The notes below the pieces were generated by a model. That model saw only the letters and a program-made list of their open reading frames with translations, was not told where the DNA came from and did no database searches. Made by a program: the position numbers and the translations under genes. A DNA stretch of 64,000 nt, from NCBI GenBank assembly GCA_951406725.2, contig OX597836.1, positions 38,998,001 through 39,062,000 of the forward strand, written 5' to 3'. The stretch is from Octopus vulgaris. Lineage: Eukaryota. Shown here piece after piece: positions 38,200 to 50,177 of this stretch; position 1 is the stretch's first letter; each line of letters starts with the position of its first letter.

Positions 38200-39830
38200 A
38201 TATTACTGGAATGAAACTTCTGAGTCTGGTCTGACTTTTTCCAAGCTTTTAATGTTTGGAATTAAATTAGTTACTAAGAACAACCAAGAATTCTTCAAAT
38301 TTGGTTCAGTCAATCGTAACCTCGTTTTGATTTTTATCAGTTTCATGGATTAATTTTGTTTTATTTTTTTTTATTTTCTCCATTCCGAAACGACGGATGT
38401 AACTCTGAGAAAATTTTCTTAGTTCTGACAAATATTCAGAGGTTAATTGATCGCCAGAAATTAATCATGTCAACAGCATTTGGAACTGAAGGAAGCTCAT
38501 CAAATTTCATTTTCAATAATGAATTTGTTTTCAAGTCAATATATTCCATTTGTATGTTACTTGCAATTTTCATGCTTTTTTTTTTATCCACTTAACAAAA
38601 ATGGGTTAAAAGGTTTATAAATGCGAGTATGCAGTCTTCTTTGATAAAATCATAAAAAACGGTTTTTCAAAATAACTCTTACAACAACTTGTTTCTTCTC
38701 CTTTTTTGTTTCTCAAGATATTTTCTAACATCGTCATTATCCGCAGCAACATCACTCTGCTTTTTTTTTTTAAGTGCGGAAGCTGGTTCAAATCCTAATT
38801 TTCTAGCTGACAGATGAACAGTTTTAATTTCATCTTAAATGCATTGATATCCTTTATTAAGCCACAAAACGAATTGGTCTTGCCCAGCAGATTCCACTTT
38901 AGATCACTGAAATAGATGGTTGAAAGGAAAAATATAAAAAAAAGACTAAATAATGTAATTGTCATAACATGAAATAACTTTTCAGGAAGTTCCTTTTTCG
39001 CTTCAGAAACTTTCTTCTTAAAAGCCAGTGCAGCTTACAATGGCGGGCAAGATCGCCATGTTCCAAATCTCGCCTTCTCCGAATCATCGTCTTTTTAATG
39101 CTCTTGCTCCAGTTTTATTTCCCAAGCGTTCATGCAGAACACCGTAAAGTTAAAGATTTCCTACACAACTATTTCTGGTCTATGATGCAGCGATAATTTA
39201 TTAGTAGACGGTGTAAAAGATTTGTAGTCTTGGTGTCTGTTTTCTGAAAGTTACCTTTTGATTTTCCAAGCAGGACTTTACATCTTCAAATATGTTTTTC
39301 TTATTTTTAAGGCAAATCAAGACCAACAAGTTCTTCAAAGATGCTAAAATTACCATCAATTCCTCTAATAAAATTTTCATCCGAGTTAAATCATACATGT
39401 CGGGTAGATTCGTCCAAAACCAAAAAATAAAAAATAATAATAAATACAATTTTTTTGAGCTAGTCAAACACATCGTGAGAAAATATATTTCTTTTGAGAT
39501 TATCTTTATCGAGATACTCTGCAAATATTTGGAGAGAAGGCAAGCAACCCCTTCCCTTTTAAAGAATGGATTCTGTTTTTGCTTAATATTAAAGGTAAAT
39601 AATAGAATTCTTCAGTTATTGCTAAACTTCCACAACTTCTTTCAATAAATATTTTATATTTCCCTGAATTCTTCTTTTTCTTAATCATGTAATCTTTCTT
39701 TTATTCATACCTAAACACTAAATCCAGTTTCCCTTCTATTTTTGTCTGATGTTGCATGCTTTATAGTGTCTGTTACGGTCATGTCTTCTATTATGTAAGA
39801 AAATGCTTTCACAAATAAACGGTTTTCTTG
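38200..39830 (-). pseudogene. Decayed hAT transposase (GTF2IRD2/EPM2AIP1/SPIN-Buster-like)
   Basis: Minus-strand motifs in the correct order across frameshifts: RHY; VLDEST-DMYD..FIRGIDGNFSIFEELVGL..IFEDVKSCLE; YRCIIDQK*LCRKSL (HCIIHQEALC); DLEHGDLARHCKLHWLLRRKFLKR (RW motif); QMEYIDLKTNSLLKMKFDEL; SMKLIKIKTRLRLTEPNL. Confidence 0.88.
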
Positions 39831-40879
39831 AAACACGCGCTATAAATAGCGTTCCGCGCTATTCATTGAATTCACACTTGCTATCACGGCTTTATTTTGC
39901 TCTTTTTTAGTACTTTGATGTGTAAACTAAAAAGAAAGCTTAATTCTCAAAGAAAAAAAGTAACAGCCAAAATCCGTACAACTCTATAAATACTTACAAA
40001 GGATGAACACTGTACAAATCTCTATTGTAGGAATGTCTATTGTAAAATGGCTGGCAAAAAGCTGCTTTGAAACAGCGTTGGTTATCATCTCAAGATTATA
40101 CAAATATCAAATTATATGCAACGTAGGGTGTGTTGAGCAGTATTTCTGAGAAGATTGTATTGTTGTAGTGGTACATAAATTACACAGAGAGAAGCTACGG
40201 AATTAAAAGGGATATGCGTAGGATGTTAGCAGAACTACTTTTTGGACTATTTTTATATATTTTGTGCATGTGTTTTGTTTATCATATCTAGTTCTTCAAT
40301 TATCATTGACGCTCTTAAAATGTAGCGAGACGGCAAAATTGTTAGCACGTTAGAGAAAATACCTAACGACTTATTACGTCGTGAGTTTAAATTCCGCCGC
40401 GGTCGACTTCAACTTTCAGCCTCTCGAGGTAGATAAAATATGATACTAGCAACACTAGTGTTGCTGTAATTGATTAACTCCCCTCCAGTAAGTTTATTCG
40501 CCTTGTGCCAAATTTCCAAACCATTACACTGGTCAACAAAATGAAACTTTTTTTAATCATCAGAGTTGCTGATTGACTGTTGACGAGTGTTATTAATTGG
40601 CACAATTAAAAGCAGTGAGCAGGCAGAATCATTACTGTACCGGTCAAAATACGTTCCCGCATTTCCCCGGCACTTTATGCTCTCATTTCAAATTCGCTGA
40701 GGTCGACTTTGCCTATCATCTCGGGATCAATAAATCAAGAACCCATCAAGCTGTGGGATTGATATAATCGACTAACTTTTCCTTCACAATTTCAGGATTT
40801 CTGCCTATCGTAGAAAGAATTATTGACACTTTTAATTTTGACACATAACATTTTGCTTATGTTCTCTCCAAGGTCCTTC

Positions 40880-42010
40880 AATTCGGTCTCGCTACTGATT
40901 TGCCTTGAATTCTTGGTCAATCTGTACGGACATATTCATAGGATTGTGACCAAACTGTTGTTATGCCGTGTTTGATACATGCTTATACCTATTTCTTTAC
41001 TACCCAAAAGGGGCTAAACACAGAGGGGGAAAACAAGGACCCCAGTGCGTAACTTGTACTTATTTAATCGACCCCGAAAGGATGAAAGGCAAAGTCGACC
41101 TCGGCGGAATTTGAACTCAGAACGTAACGACAGACGAAATACCTATTTCTTTACTACCCACAAGTGGCTAAACACAGGGGACAAACAAGGAGAGACAAAT
41201 GGATTAAGTCGATTATATCGACCCCAGTGCGTAACTGGTACTTATTTAATCGACCCCGAAAGGATGAAAGGCAAAGTCGACCTCGGCAGAATTTGAACTC
41301 AGAACGTAACGGCAGACGAAATACCTATTTCTTTACTACCTACAATGGGCTAAATACAGAGGGAACAAACAAGGACAGACAAACGGATTAAGTCGATTAT
41401 ATCGACCCCAGTGCGTAACTGGTACTTGATTTATCGACCTCGAAAGGATGAAAGACAAAGTCGACCTCGGCGGAACGTAGCAACAGACGAAATACCGCTA
41501 ATCATTTCGCCCGGCGTGCTAACGTTTCTGCCAGCTCGCCGCCTCAATACATGCTTATACCAGTTCTTATTTGTTTTCACGTGCATGAAAGTTGAAACAT
41601 TATCCCCAGTGTACAATCGTTTCCAATACCCTTGAGTCTGCGAAAAACAATCTGATTTTGTAGAGACATTGTAGATACGAATAATGCAGTCGGTTGGTTC
41701 ATTGACCTGATTGATGAGCCTGGACTTAATTTTGCTCTCATGTTTCATTATCTTAATACGGTTATGCCTAGTTAGACATTGATTGTGAACAGCTAAAATC
41801 AGACTTTCTGTTTTAACCGTTAATCCGCATTTATGTGATTGATTGTCACCTTACACACTGACTTCTATTCTCTCTGTTAAATTTAACTGGACACCAACCG
41901 TAGTGATTTTCTTTTTTCTGGTCTATCTTCAATACGTATTTAATTTGTTCTTTTTCATACGTTCTTTGGCGGTGTCCTTAAACTCTTTCTTCGCTACAAT
42001 CAGTTTCTTG
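40880..42010 (-). mobile_element. Highly decayed R4/Dong-like LINE fragment interrupted by a SINE A trimer
   Basis: KTESLILAVHNQCLTRHNRIKIMKHESKIKSRL..NEPTDCII (cf. ETE..IIAAQDQ.L.TR..CR.C..ETIDHII); IVHWG..KNWYKH..VTIL.NMSVQIDQEFKAN (cf. WYEH..VTILWD..I.TDR.IKANRPD). Confidence 0.65.
40990..41544 (-). mobile_element. SINE family A concatemer: head plus 3 units
   Basis: Junction gacgaaatacctatttc at ~41134 and ~41316. A single TSD ATACATGCTTATACC (40975-40989 / 41547-41561). The units have diverged from each other. Confidence 0.9.
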
Positions 42011-42247
42011 TTTGCAATTTATTGATTTCTTCTATACATACAAGAGATATTTTTCTTTTAAGTTTGCTTGTTACACAGAAACAGTTGTGTGGTTTTAAGA
42101 AAGAAATTCGCGCTGCAAATGACATAGTTTCAAGTTCAGTCCCATTGCGCGGAACCTTGCGCGGGTTTCTTCAATAGTTCCGCGCCGACCAAAGGATTTT
42201 TGAGTGAATTTGGTGGACGGAAATTGTGTGGAAGTGGAAGTCCATGG

Positions 42248-42280
<33 letters not shown>

Positions 42281-42281
42281 A

Positions 42282-42605
42282 CTTTCGAAACACGGAGTAG
42301 ACGAAGCAGGGGCAGCTGAAGAAGGGGAATTTTCCTTGTGTTGTATGTTTTGTATTCTGTTTTTTCGTTGTTTGAAAAAATGTCCCTTTCCATGGTTTTG
42401 TTTTTATGTTTTCGTTTCTCATTGTGTTCGACGTTTTTTGGTGTCCTGTACCCATATATGCATGTATATATACATATAGATGTAGGTACGTACATATATG
42501 TATGTATATATGCATATGTTTTATTTATTATTTTGTTATATATATATATATATATTAATATATGCTTTTATGTTTTACATTCATCTGATGGGTTACTCTA
42601 TACCT
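42282..42605 (+). mobile_element. Penelope-like pLTR fragment in (TA)n with half-hammerhead remnants
   Basis: 5'-truncated tcGAAAcacggagTAgacg followed by CTGAAGA-aggggaattttcctt. The body is T-rich. Confidence 0.4.
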
Positions 42606-43479
42606 TTGTAGAGTACAGATTTATTATTCATAAACAAGAATATTATTCACAGTGACTTTGAAGATTTGGTCAGCTAAGCCATCGTCCAACGGTGTCCTAG
42701 CAACGCCACAGTCTTATGACTATAACAAATGAGAGATGAAAGATGAAAGGATAATATGCATGAGGTACCTAGCAGTATGATTCTATTGGCAATACACTAG
42801 AGAATGAATGAGTATGAAATGCTAAATTGTTCTCTCTTCTATATATTCTCTGTGTTTCAGTCGTGATGTTTCAATTACAAATTCGAATGATTCATAAGAC
42901 ATTGTTATAGGGATGTTTCCGTTCCCAGAAATTTTTGTTTCAAATTTTGGCAGAAGGCCAGCAATTTCGGGAGACAGGTAAGTCGATTACAGTGACCTTC
43001 AGGGCTCAACTGCTACTTATTTTATCGATAATAATATTTTAAAGATAAGAGCAAGGTACAAAAAGCCGTTCGGTAACACACCAACATCCCGACGAAGGAG
43101 CAAGAAGACAAACACATGTTTCCGTTAGAAACAAAATATTCTACAGCGAACTGAGCAAAAGTTCTGTAGCGATTTCCACAAGAAGCAGCTAACATGGTTA
43201 GACATAATGTTTTTAAACTAAGCTGTATATTGTCTTAACCTGCAGACAATTAACTACGAATTGTAGTTTTGTAGCTATTTTTACTAGCAACGATCAGAAT
43301 GTTCAGGTATATTAATGTTAAACTAAGAAGTATATTGATTTATCCAACAGATACCTAAGGGCTGTAGTTTTGTAGCTGTTTCCACTAGAAGCGACTGAAA
43401 TATTCAGATATGCTATTGTTAAGCCAATGTAATCAATAAAGCTCCTATGGTGTTTTAATAAATAATAATAAGAAAATGA

Positions 43480-43640
43480 TGTGTGCAAAAAATTATTGAA
43501 ACAAACAAAACTATTAACAACGTTAATTTTGTATTAAACATTTATGCAGGAAATGTCCCCCTTTGGCACTAATGTACAGATAAAGTTGTTGAACCATTTT
43601 ATCAAAAAATAGATTTTTTTAGCGTGTTTTGATAAATTCT
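43480..43640 (-). pseudogene. Tc1/mariner transposase C-terminal remnant
   Basis: KMVQQLYLYISAKGGHFLHK resembles RL..CI.A.GGHFEHL. Confidence 0.4.
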
Positions 43641-43779
43641 TCAGTTATATCTCTGTTTTCATTTTGTTAATATTTTGAGGTTATTTTTTCTTCCTTTTAA
43701 ACATTGGTCTTAATTGCAGTCCAGCGCAGAGAGGCTTTATCCCCTGGTAGGTAGGTTCTGCTCAATCGTCAACATAGTA

Positions 43780-44170
43780 TAAGTTTACTTGACCTCATTG
43801 TTTCCTATGGAGGACAGACCCCTCGACAGCGTTTCTCCACATTTCTCAACTTTGGACTGCCATTTCTGCTTTCTTCCCTCCAGTTGGATCCCAGGTTTCC
43901 AGACCCGCTTTAGTATCTTGCTTTCCTCAGGGAAGGCCCCTTCACCCAGATCTTACTGGCTTTGAATTGTTATCTATGATCCAATAACTTTTTCGTTTTC
44001 TTTTTTTGTTCTAGGTAGGAGCGTATACCCTACGCAAACAGGTTTTTACCCCTTGGAAAATATGGTTCATATTAGTGTGGCCCCTATATTAGTTTGGTTC
44101 ATATTAGTCAGACCTGCCTTGTAAGAGAGGCTAGACTGGGAACATGCTCTCTGCTAGAATAGCTCGAAGA
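43780..44170 (-). mobile_element. RTE-clade non-autonomous/bipartite remnant
   Basis: The 3' end reads AEMAVQS*EMWRNAVEG.LSSIGNNEVK* (cf. RTE AQDR..WR.LV.GLCS.G). The upstream part is non-coding and GC-richer. Confidence 0.45.
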
Positions 44171-44284
44171 TTCATTGACGAACTCAAGGCACAAAACTAC
44201 GTTAAGAACTAGATCTGGCGGTGGAAGAGTGCTGAAAGGTTGTTATAAATAATCTTTCAACAAGGCCAACTAGTTTTGTTGAAT

Positions 44285-44637
44285 AAGAGCTACATCCTCA
44301 AAATGTAAGAACCAATGAACTGGTCTTGAACATTGATTTAGATTTCAGAGACATTTCTGTATAGAGTTTGAGGTTCTCATTTCCTCAAATGACTCAATTA
44401 TGCATATTGACGGAAAATTTAACGTGAAATAAAGCCATGTCTGAATAACGAAGACGTTGACTAAGAAAACTTGTTATTATTTATCTTGTATATTTTACAT
44501 GCGAGAACTCCAACGTGAAGGGTTTTTCTCTCGAACAACTTGACCTCGGTACGGTTCTTAATTTAAAGTTTGGAACTTACTCTATCGGCCGGCTGCTATG
44601 TTAGAGGACATAAACAAAACAATACAGATTGTCAAAC

Positions 44638-44645
<8 letters not shown>
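44285..44645 (+). repeat. Local ~360-bp duplication; paralogue 46446-47200 carries a Helitron
   Basis: aagagctacatcctcaaaatgtaagaaccaatgaact ... cagattgtcaa.cgg occurs at both loci. Confidence 0.9.
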
Positions 44646-44677
<32 letters not shown>

Positions 44678-44781
44678 TGTGTGTGCGTGAGGGAAACACA
44701 CGCACACATATAGATTAGATATGTGACGGTAGCAGTCTTTGTAACAAATATTAATCTGCTCATACAAATTAAGTCGAATGA

Positions 44782-44840
<59 letters not shown>

Positions 44841-44847
<7 letters not shown>

Positions 44848-45251
44848 TTAGAGATAAAACCACTATTAGGCAAATCAAACAGTGAAAAACATAAGCCAAT
44901 ACATAAAATTAATTTAAAGATATAAAAGTTAAAAATAAAAAACTATTTAAATAAATGAATTAATTAATTAAATTATTAATTAATAAATAAAATAATATAT
45001 AAATATAAAAATATACATACATATATATATATATTTGTATATATATATAAAATTTATAAGTTTAAATTATTTAAATAGTTTTTTATTTTTAACTTTTATA
45101 TCTTTAAATTAATTTTATGTATTGGCTTATGTTTTTCACTGTTTGATTTGCCTAATAGTAGTTTTATCTCTAATTTAATATAATATATTTATACTATAAA
45201 ATTGGATTCAATCCTAAATCTAATTTTTCCCTGTAAGTTTGGATTTATTCC

Positions 45252-45258
<7 letters not shown>
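44841..45258 (+). mobile_element. Penelope-like fold-back element (same family as 28589-28992), hammerhead absent
   Basis: Inverted arms 44841-44953 / 45067-45180; shared unique end ...aaattggattcaatcctaaatct.atttttcc.tgtaa.tttggatttattccctaata; embedded in (TA)n. Confidence 0.7.
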
Positions 45259-45323
<65 letters not shown>

Positions 45324-45432
45324 TATATTGGTAAAAACGGTAAGATAACAAAAGAAAGAAAGAGACCTCAATATTATATAAATAGAGGAATTTATCTGTA
45401 AAAATAATAAGTGACAATTATTCGGTAGCCAA

Positions 45433-45486
45433 GATAAGACTCTGAGTTTCGGATGCCGAGGTGGAAATCCACACCACCATCTCTTC

Positions 45487-45493
<7 letters not shown>
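45433..45493 (-). ncRNA. Degenerate hammerhead motif
   Basis: Minus strand ataa-TTGAAGA-gatg..gtggatttccac..catcc-GAAA-ctcagag-TC-ttat, with a C3>T change in the core. It sits in a ~165-bp island in (TA)n. Confidence 0.45.
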
Positions 45494-45573
<80 letters not shown>

Positions 45574-45894
45574 CATATATATACAGTTTTATATATATAT
45601 ACAACGGGCTTACACACAGTTTCCGTTTACCAAATTCACTCACAAATCATTGTTCGGTCCAAGACTATAGTAGAAGTGACTTGCCCAAGATGCTGCGCGG
45701 TGGAATTGAACCAGAAATCACGTGATTGCAAAGCAAGTGTCTCAATCAAACAGCTTTGCCTACAGTTTAAAAATTTTTTAAATGCCGCTTCTTATCACTA
45801 ATTGACTATATGCCATTCGGTCATATTTTTTATTATGTTAATTTTTTAATCGATTTTCTAAAGGAAAAAGTTTTATATTTTCTTCACGATAGTT

Positions 45895-46125
45895 TGTAAC
45901 TTGGCAATATTTCCATCCGTCCGCGATACGAAAACGTCCTTCTGTTGGTAAAGTATGGGCACTGGTAGTTCCACAAAATCGTTTGTCTTAAAGTTTTATC
46001 ACTTTTGAGGCCGTTTCCATACCAACCTCTCCATTCACACTAAACAAAGACTGGTGAACAATTATTTCTCGCCATTACAAGCACCACATTGACCCGATCA
46101 CTTTGAGATAACATTTTCAACAAAA
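45895..46125 (-). pseudogene. Tc1/mariner N-terminal HTH (DUF4817-like) remnant
   Basis: MLSQSDRVNVVLVMAR..EWRGWYG...SDKTLR..RFCGTTSAHTLPTEGR..ENIA. It may be the same fossil as 43480-43640. Confidence 0.4.
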
Positions 46126-46641
46126 ATAATAGAATGAAATCGATAACGTAATCAATAAAATAATTTCATGGATATATCTAACTAAAAATAAAATCAATAG
46201 AATTTATTTCATTCACGTAAATAATTATAGTAAAAGAGAAATGCGGGCGGAACTTTATTGTTGTCAGCCAGTATATTGCTTTGACCCTGCGACACCTAAG
46301 GAATATTGGCAGTTACTTTGCGGTCAATTAACCTGCTAGAAATAGCATCCAAATATTCTTCAACTCCTACTCAACTATGAAAAACAGACACACACACACA
46401 GGACATATTGGTTTCGAATTTTGGTACAATGCAAGCAATGCCAGGAAGAGCTACATCCTCAAAATGTAAGAACCAATGAACTAGTCTTGAACATTGATTT
46501 AGATTTCAGAGACATTTCTGTATAGAGTTTGAGGTCCTCATTTCCTCAAATGGCTCAATTATGCATATTGACCGAAATGTTAACATGAAATAAAGCCATG
46601 TCTGAAAAACGAAGACGTTGACTAAGAAAACTTATTATTTA

Positions 46642-47025
46642 TCTCTCTATATATAAACGGCAGTTTGTCTGTGCGTTTTCTGTGTGTCTGTTTTCTCGTA
46701 CCCTCACTCTGACCACGGCTTTCAACCGATTCTGATGAAACTTGACACACACATAGCCCAATGTCATAATTCAAAACTAACGCAGCGAAAATTTTGAAAA
46801 GTTCCCCCAGTTCTGAAAAAAAATCGATAAATTCGACATGGGGTCGAGAATCAGAAACCCAAACCACAGACCGTCTAGGGGACGCAACTCCACCTTTTTT
46901 AACTCTCAAAAAAATTTACCATCATTTTTTTTCCATTTTTTTGCTATTTTTTGGCTATAATTCTCTAAAAATGCTTTATAGTTATTTCCCTTACAAACCT
47001 GAGCAACGCCGGGCGATACTGCTAG
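46642..47025 (+). mobile_element. Non-autonomous Helitron (copy 2)
   Basis: TC...CTAG ends and a subterminal hairpin. The paralogous empty site ttatttA|Tcttgtatatt at ~44483 shows an A|T insertion with no TSD. Confidence 0.92.
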
Positions 47026-47429
47026 TCTTGTATATTTTACATGCGAGAACTCCAACGTGAAGGGTTTTTCACTTGAACGACTTGACCTCGGTACTTAATT
47101 TATAGTTTGGAACTTACTCTATCGGCCGGCCGCTTTCGCCGAAGGGCTATGTTAGAGGACATAAACAAAACAACACAGATTGTCAATCGGAGTGTGTGTG
47201 TGTGTGTAAGTCAATTATATCGATCCTAGTGCTCGACTGGTATTTATTTTGTCGGTTCCGAAAGGATGAAAGACAAAGTTAACCTCCGTGGAATTTCAAC
47301 TCAGAACACGAAGACTGACGAAGTGCCGCTAAGCATTTTACCCGGCGTGCCAGCGGTTCTACTAGTCTGCCACCTTAATACAGTAAGACATTTTAGATAA
47401 TTTATTCTAGTAAAGCAGAAAGAGAGAGG

Positions 47430-47500
<71 letters not shown>

Positions 47501-48029
47501 CATGATCAAGCAGAAAAACATTTGACTCCGGGCCTGCTTCTTAAGGACGGACCTCAGCAACAATAGTAACTGTGTCGAGGTGTTTCAAAAAATATTTTTA
47601 GGGAAGTTCAAAAAATCGTAACTTTCATGACTTCTGTAAATGAAATTAGTCGCATAAGTGAAACTTTAGTGTCCACCTTCATATTATGACGTCATAAGAA
47701 CGGCATTTTGTTATTTGATTTTAACTTTAAACTGGTTCTTCATTAGTTTCTCGTGGCGGGGACAGTGAAACTCCGTCGTTTAAGCTGCTCGTAAATTAAC
47801 ACGTAAATGTCTGGCTGAGTATCCCACACACTCGTGTATCCTTAAGGTAATTTTTAGGTTGAAGTAGTATATATTTCTTTACTCCCCACAAGGGGTTAAA
47901 CACAGAGGGGACGCACAAGGACAGACAAACGGATTAAGTCGATTATATCGACCCCAGTGCGAAACTGGTACTTAATTTATCGACCCCGAAAGGATGAAAG
48001 GCAAAGTCGACCTCAAGTATTGAGGTTGA

Positions 48030-48870
48030 AGAAGTATAATAAAGTTTGCTTGTCCATCGATGTCGGCCTTGACCAAGGACATCTCGTGGGAGAAGAGAGA
48101 AGACGGGGCACGGTGTGTGTGGATGTGGCCAATCAGTTCGATGCTTGAGCGGCAGTCTCTACCACCGGTCAGGCACTGGTGGTCCTTAGGGATTGAAGGA
48201 AGGGAGTTGGCACTGGATTTGCATTTTCTTTGTGTCCTTGCAATCCTGTTCTGCTCGTGAGATGCAGCACCTGTGTTGGTGCAGCTTTGCTGTTGCTGTT
48301 GAGCGAAGCGGTCTTCGTCCCAGAGTGGGAGAAGTCCGAAACGTGGTCCTTTCCTATTCGTAAGACCCGCAGAAGAGAAAGCAGGTCAACCCTCGACACC
48401 GAGAGCATCGACGGATGGATGAATGCGCATCCAGGCTCAGCGGTTGCGTAGGAAGTCGGGGACAAGAAACAGGAAGAAAGAGTGAGAGAAAGTGGGGGCG
48501 AAAGAGTACAACAGGGGTCTCCACCACCCCCTGCCGGAGCCTCGTGGAGCTTTAGGTGTTTTCGCTCAATAAACACACACAATGCCCGGTCTGGGAATCG
48601 AAACCGCGATCCTCCGACCGCGAGTCCGCTGCCCTAACTATTGGGCCATTGCGCCTCCACTGGTGCAGCTTTGCCATACAGGGTGATCTTGTGCTTGAGT
48701 TTCCCAAGCGTCGGGGTTGATCTCAAAGCTCTTCAGTGAAGCTTTGAGTGTGTCCTTGAAGCGCTTTTTCTGTCAACCTTGCGTGTTCTTGCTTTCCGCT
48801 AATTCGCAATAAAACAGTAACACATTGCCACACAGTGGCCTGCTCACCTGATTTGCGCTCTCCTCAACGA
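48030..48870 (-). mobile_element. RTE-BovB-like LINE 3' fragment interrupted by SINE C
   Basis: LFYCELAESKNTQG*QKKRFKDTLKASLKSFEINPDAWETQAQDHPVWQSCTNTGAASHEQNRIA...HQCLTGGRDCRSSIELIGHIHTH (degenerate CCHH end). Confidence 0.85.
48291..48660 (-). mobile_element. SINE family C (tail type 1), full length
   Basis: 14-bp TSD TGGTGCAGCTTTGC (48277-48290 / 48661-48674); tail (CAACAG)n. Confidence 0.92.
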
Positions 48871-49385
48871 TGTACAACTATTTCATGAATTTCCATGCAA
48901 TTTCCGTCTATGCAGTTTAACTCAGAAACTGTGTGTCAATTGAAGGCAACAGAAGAAAATGACATTTGTGGGAATTGATTATATAAACTAATCGGCCATA
49001 TTGCATCCTCAGTTTCTCGTAACTCAACAGAATATATCACATGGACGACCTTCGGTCAGACATGTTAATGGATATGTGCCAATATTTGGAATAAGATGGA
49101 ATAATTTACATATTACCACATTAAGAGAACTTTAGAGTTTCAAAGATGGCAGATATCATTAAAATTCCAGCTTAGCATAGGTCAAAGAAACACAGTTTGA
49201 TATCTTTTAATATATTGTCAGAGGAGAAAAGCTGACAATTTAGTAGAAGCTAGCAAATTTATTAGAAATTACCAGATTTATTACAAGCTATTTAGTAACG
49301 TCTGTTACTGCGCTGAATTTAGATCCAAAGGTGTTTGATGCTAGATTCCATATAAATAAAATACTAGTTCTGAAACTAGGGGTAG

Positions 49386-49620
49386 GTGGAGGCGCGTAGC
49401 TTAGTGGATAGGGCGCTGCAATTTATGATCGTAAAATTGTGGTTTCAAGATCCTGGTTCGGGCGATTCTTGAGCAAAACTAATTTAACGTTGCTTCAGTC
49501 CCCTTAGCTGGCAAAGTGAGTAATTTTGCGATGAGCCAGCGTCCCGTCCAGGGGTGAGAGAATATATGCGCACCACAGAATTCGGGAAAGTGGCCTTATG
49601 AACCTACGTCTCGGGAGGGA
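49386..49620 (+). mobile_element. SINE family E (tRNA head, CORE-like segment, V-domain-like segment), degenerate
   Basis: gtggaggcgcgtagcttagtgg..ttcttgagcaaaact..gttgcttcagtcc..tgcgatgagccagcgtcccgtccaggg; homologous to 62637-63170. Confidence 0.6.
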
Positions 49621-49764
49621 GCTTTGATCCCTTTTTTTGGATTAGGGGTAGAATCAATCAAACAATACCGCCCCTCACTCTTCCCCTTCTCAGTGCAACT
49701 GTGACGTTGAGCCAAATTTAGAAATTAATAAATTCATACTCTCTCTCTCTCTCTCTCTCTTTCC

Positions 49765-49969
49765 CTTTTACTTGTTTCAGTCATTTGACTGTGGCCATGC
49801 TGGAGCGCCGCCTTTATTCGAGCAAATCGACCCCAGGACTTATTCTTTGTAAGCCTAGTACTTATTCTATCGGTCTCTTTTGCCGAACCGCTAAGTTACG
49901 GGGACGCAAACACACCAGCATCGGTTGTCAAGCGATGTTGGGGGTGGGGACAAACACTGACACAAACAT

Positions 49970-50006
<37 letters not shown>

Positions 50007-50177
50007 CATATATACGACGGGGTTCTTTCAGTTTCCGTCTACCAAATCCACTCAAGGCTTTGGTCGGCCCGAGGTTATAATAGAAGACACTTGCCTAAGG
50101 TGCCACGCAGTGGGACTGAACCCGGAACCATGTGGTTGGTAAGCAAGCTACTTACCACACAGCCACTCCTACGCCTT
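49765..50177 (-). mobile_element. SINE family B, full length
   Basis: Near-consensus head GGCGTAGGAGTGGCTGTGTGGTAAGTAGCTTGC through to the tail gactgaaacaagtaaaa. Confidence 0.9.

Noticed and set aside
39292-39648. 118-aa plus-strand ORF as a host exon
   Set aside because: It is antisense to the decayed hAT transposase and has no recognisable domain.
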